DNA of 64,000 nucleotides from Trypanosoma brucei (Eukaryota): NCBI GenBank assembly GCA_000002445.1, contig CM000207.1, positions 2,976,001 to 3,040,000 of the forward strand, read 5' to 3'. Shown piece by piece: positions 63,901 to 64,000 of this stretch (position 1 is its first letter; each line of letters starts with the position of its first letter). The notes under the pieces were generated by a model. It saw only the letters and a program-made list of their open reading frames with translations, ran no database searches and was not told where the DNA came from. The position numbers and the translations under genes were made by a program.

Positions 63901-64000
63901 AGGCTTCCGAAAAGTGGATTGCACGGCATTTTGCACGGAGGGGGAAGGAGCCACCGCGGCGAGAGCACTACGAATTGTGGACTGATGGATCCGTGTCCCT
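60905..64000 (+). mobile_element. ingi retroposon, 5' about 3.1 kb, continuing beyond the window. A RIME-left half is followed by an endonuclease-like ORF 61374..61592 ending in TAG and an RT ORF 62103..63155 (FADDLKLLARH). The reading frame is broken.
   Basis: The 5' terminus CCCTGGCGATGCCGGCCACCTCAACGTGGTGCCAGGG matches the RIME 5' end. RT motifs are present. The last 310 bp are about 98.7% identical to 45101-45420, which implies that a full element of about 5.2 kb would end near 66.1 kb. Confidence 0.85.

Overview
This window reads as a Trypanosoma brucei-group subtelomeric silent VSG (variant surface glycoprotein) array, not a prokaryotic locus. The evidence for that is: (i) about 17 ORFs or ORF clusters with VSG architecture (signal peptide, N-terminal domain, Cys-rich C-terminal domain, GPI-anchor tail such as GSNSFVIK..LLLAFL or SSFLVNKKxALS..), most of them broken by frameshifts or stops; (ii) upstream of almost every VSG, a 70-bp-repeat block of the known form TGATATTAGTTAGG..(TAA)n..GGAGAGTGTTGTGAGTGTG..ATAATA; (iii) the conserved VSG 3'UTR 16-mer TGATATATTTTAACAC or 1-mismatch variants downstream of most VSGs; (iv) ingi/RIME non-LTR retroposons. 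The retroelements are a 500-bp RIME, a 5'-truncated ingi 3' half, the 5' 3.1 kb of another ingi running off the window end, and a roughly 5.6-kb degenerate ingi-related element (DIRE-like). Layout: VSGs at 1-16.6 kb are on the + strand. The DIRE occupies 16.66-22.3 kb. VSGs from 22.4 to 59.9 kb are all on the - strand, each with its 70-bp repeats at higher coordinates, so the two arrays converge on the DIRE. Only two VSGs look intact (11326..12927 + and 51156..52598 -), and a third (22445..24072 -) carries a single in-frame TAG. No tRNA, rRNA, CRISPR array or telomeric hexamer repeat was seen. No novel defence-type system is present. The interest lies in recombination scars, retroelement junctions and repeat expansions inside an antigenic-variation archive. 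All coordinates below are approximate (about +/-30 bp for pseudogene ends).
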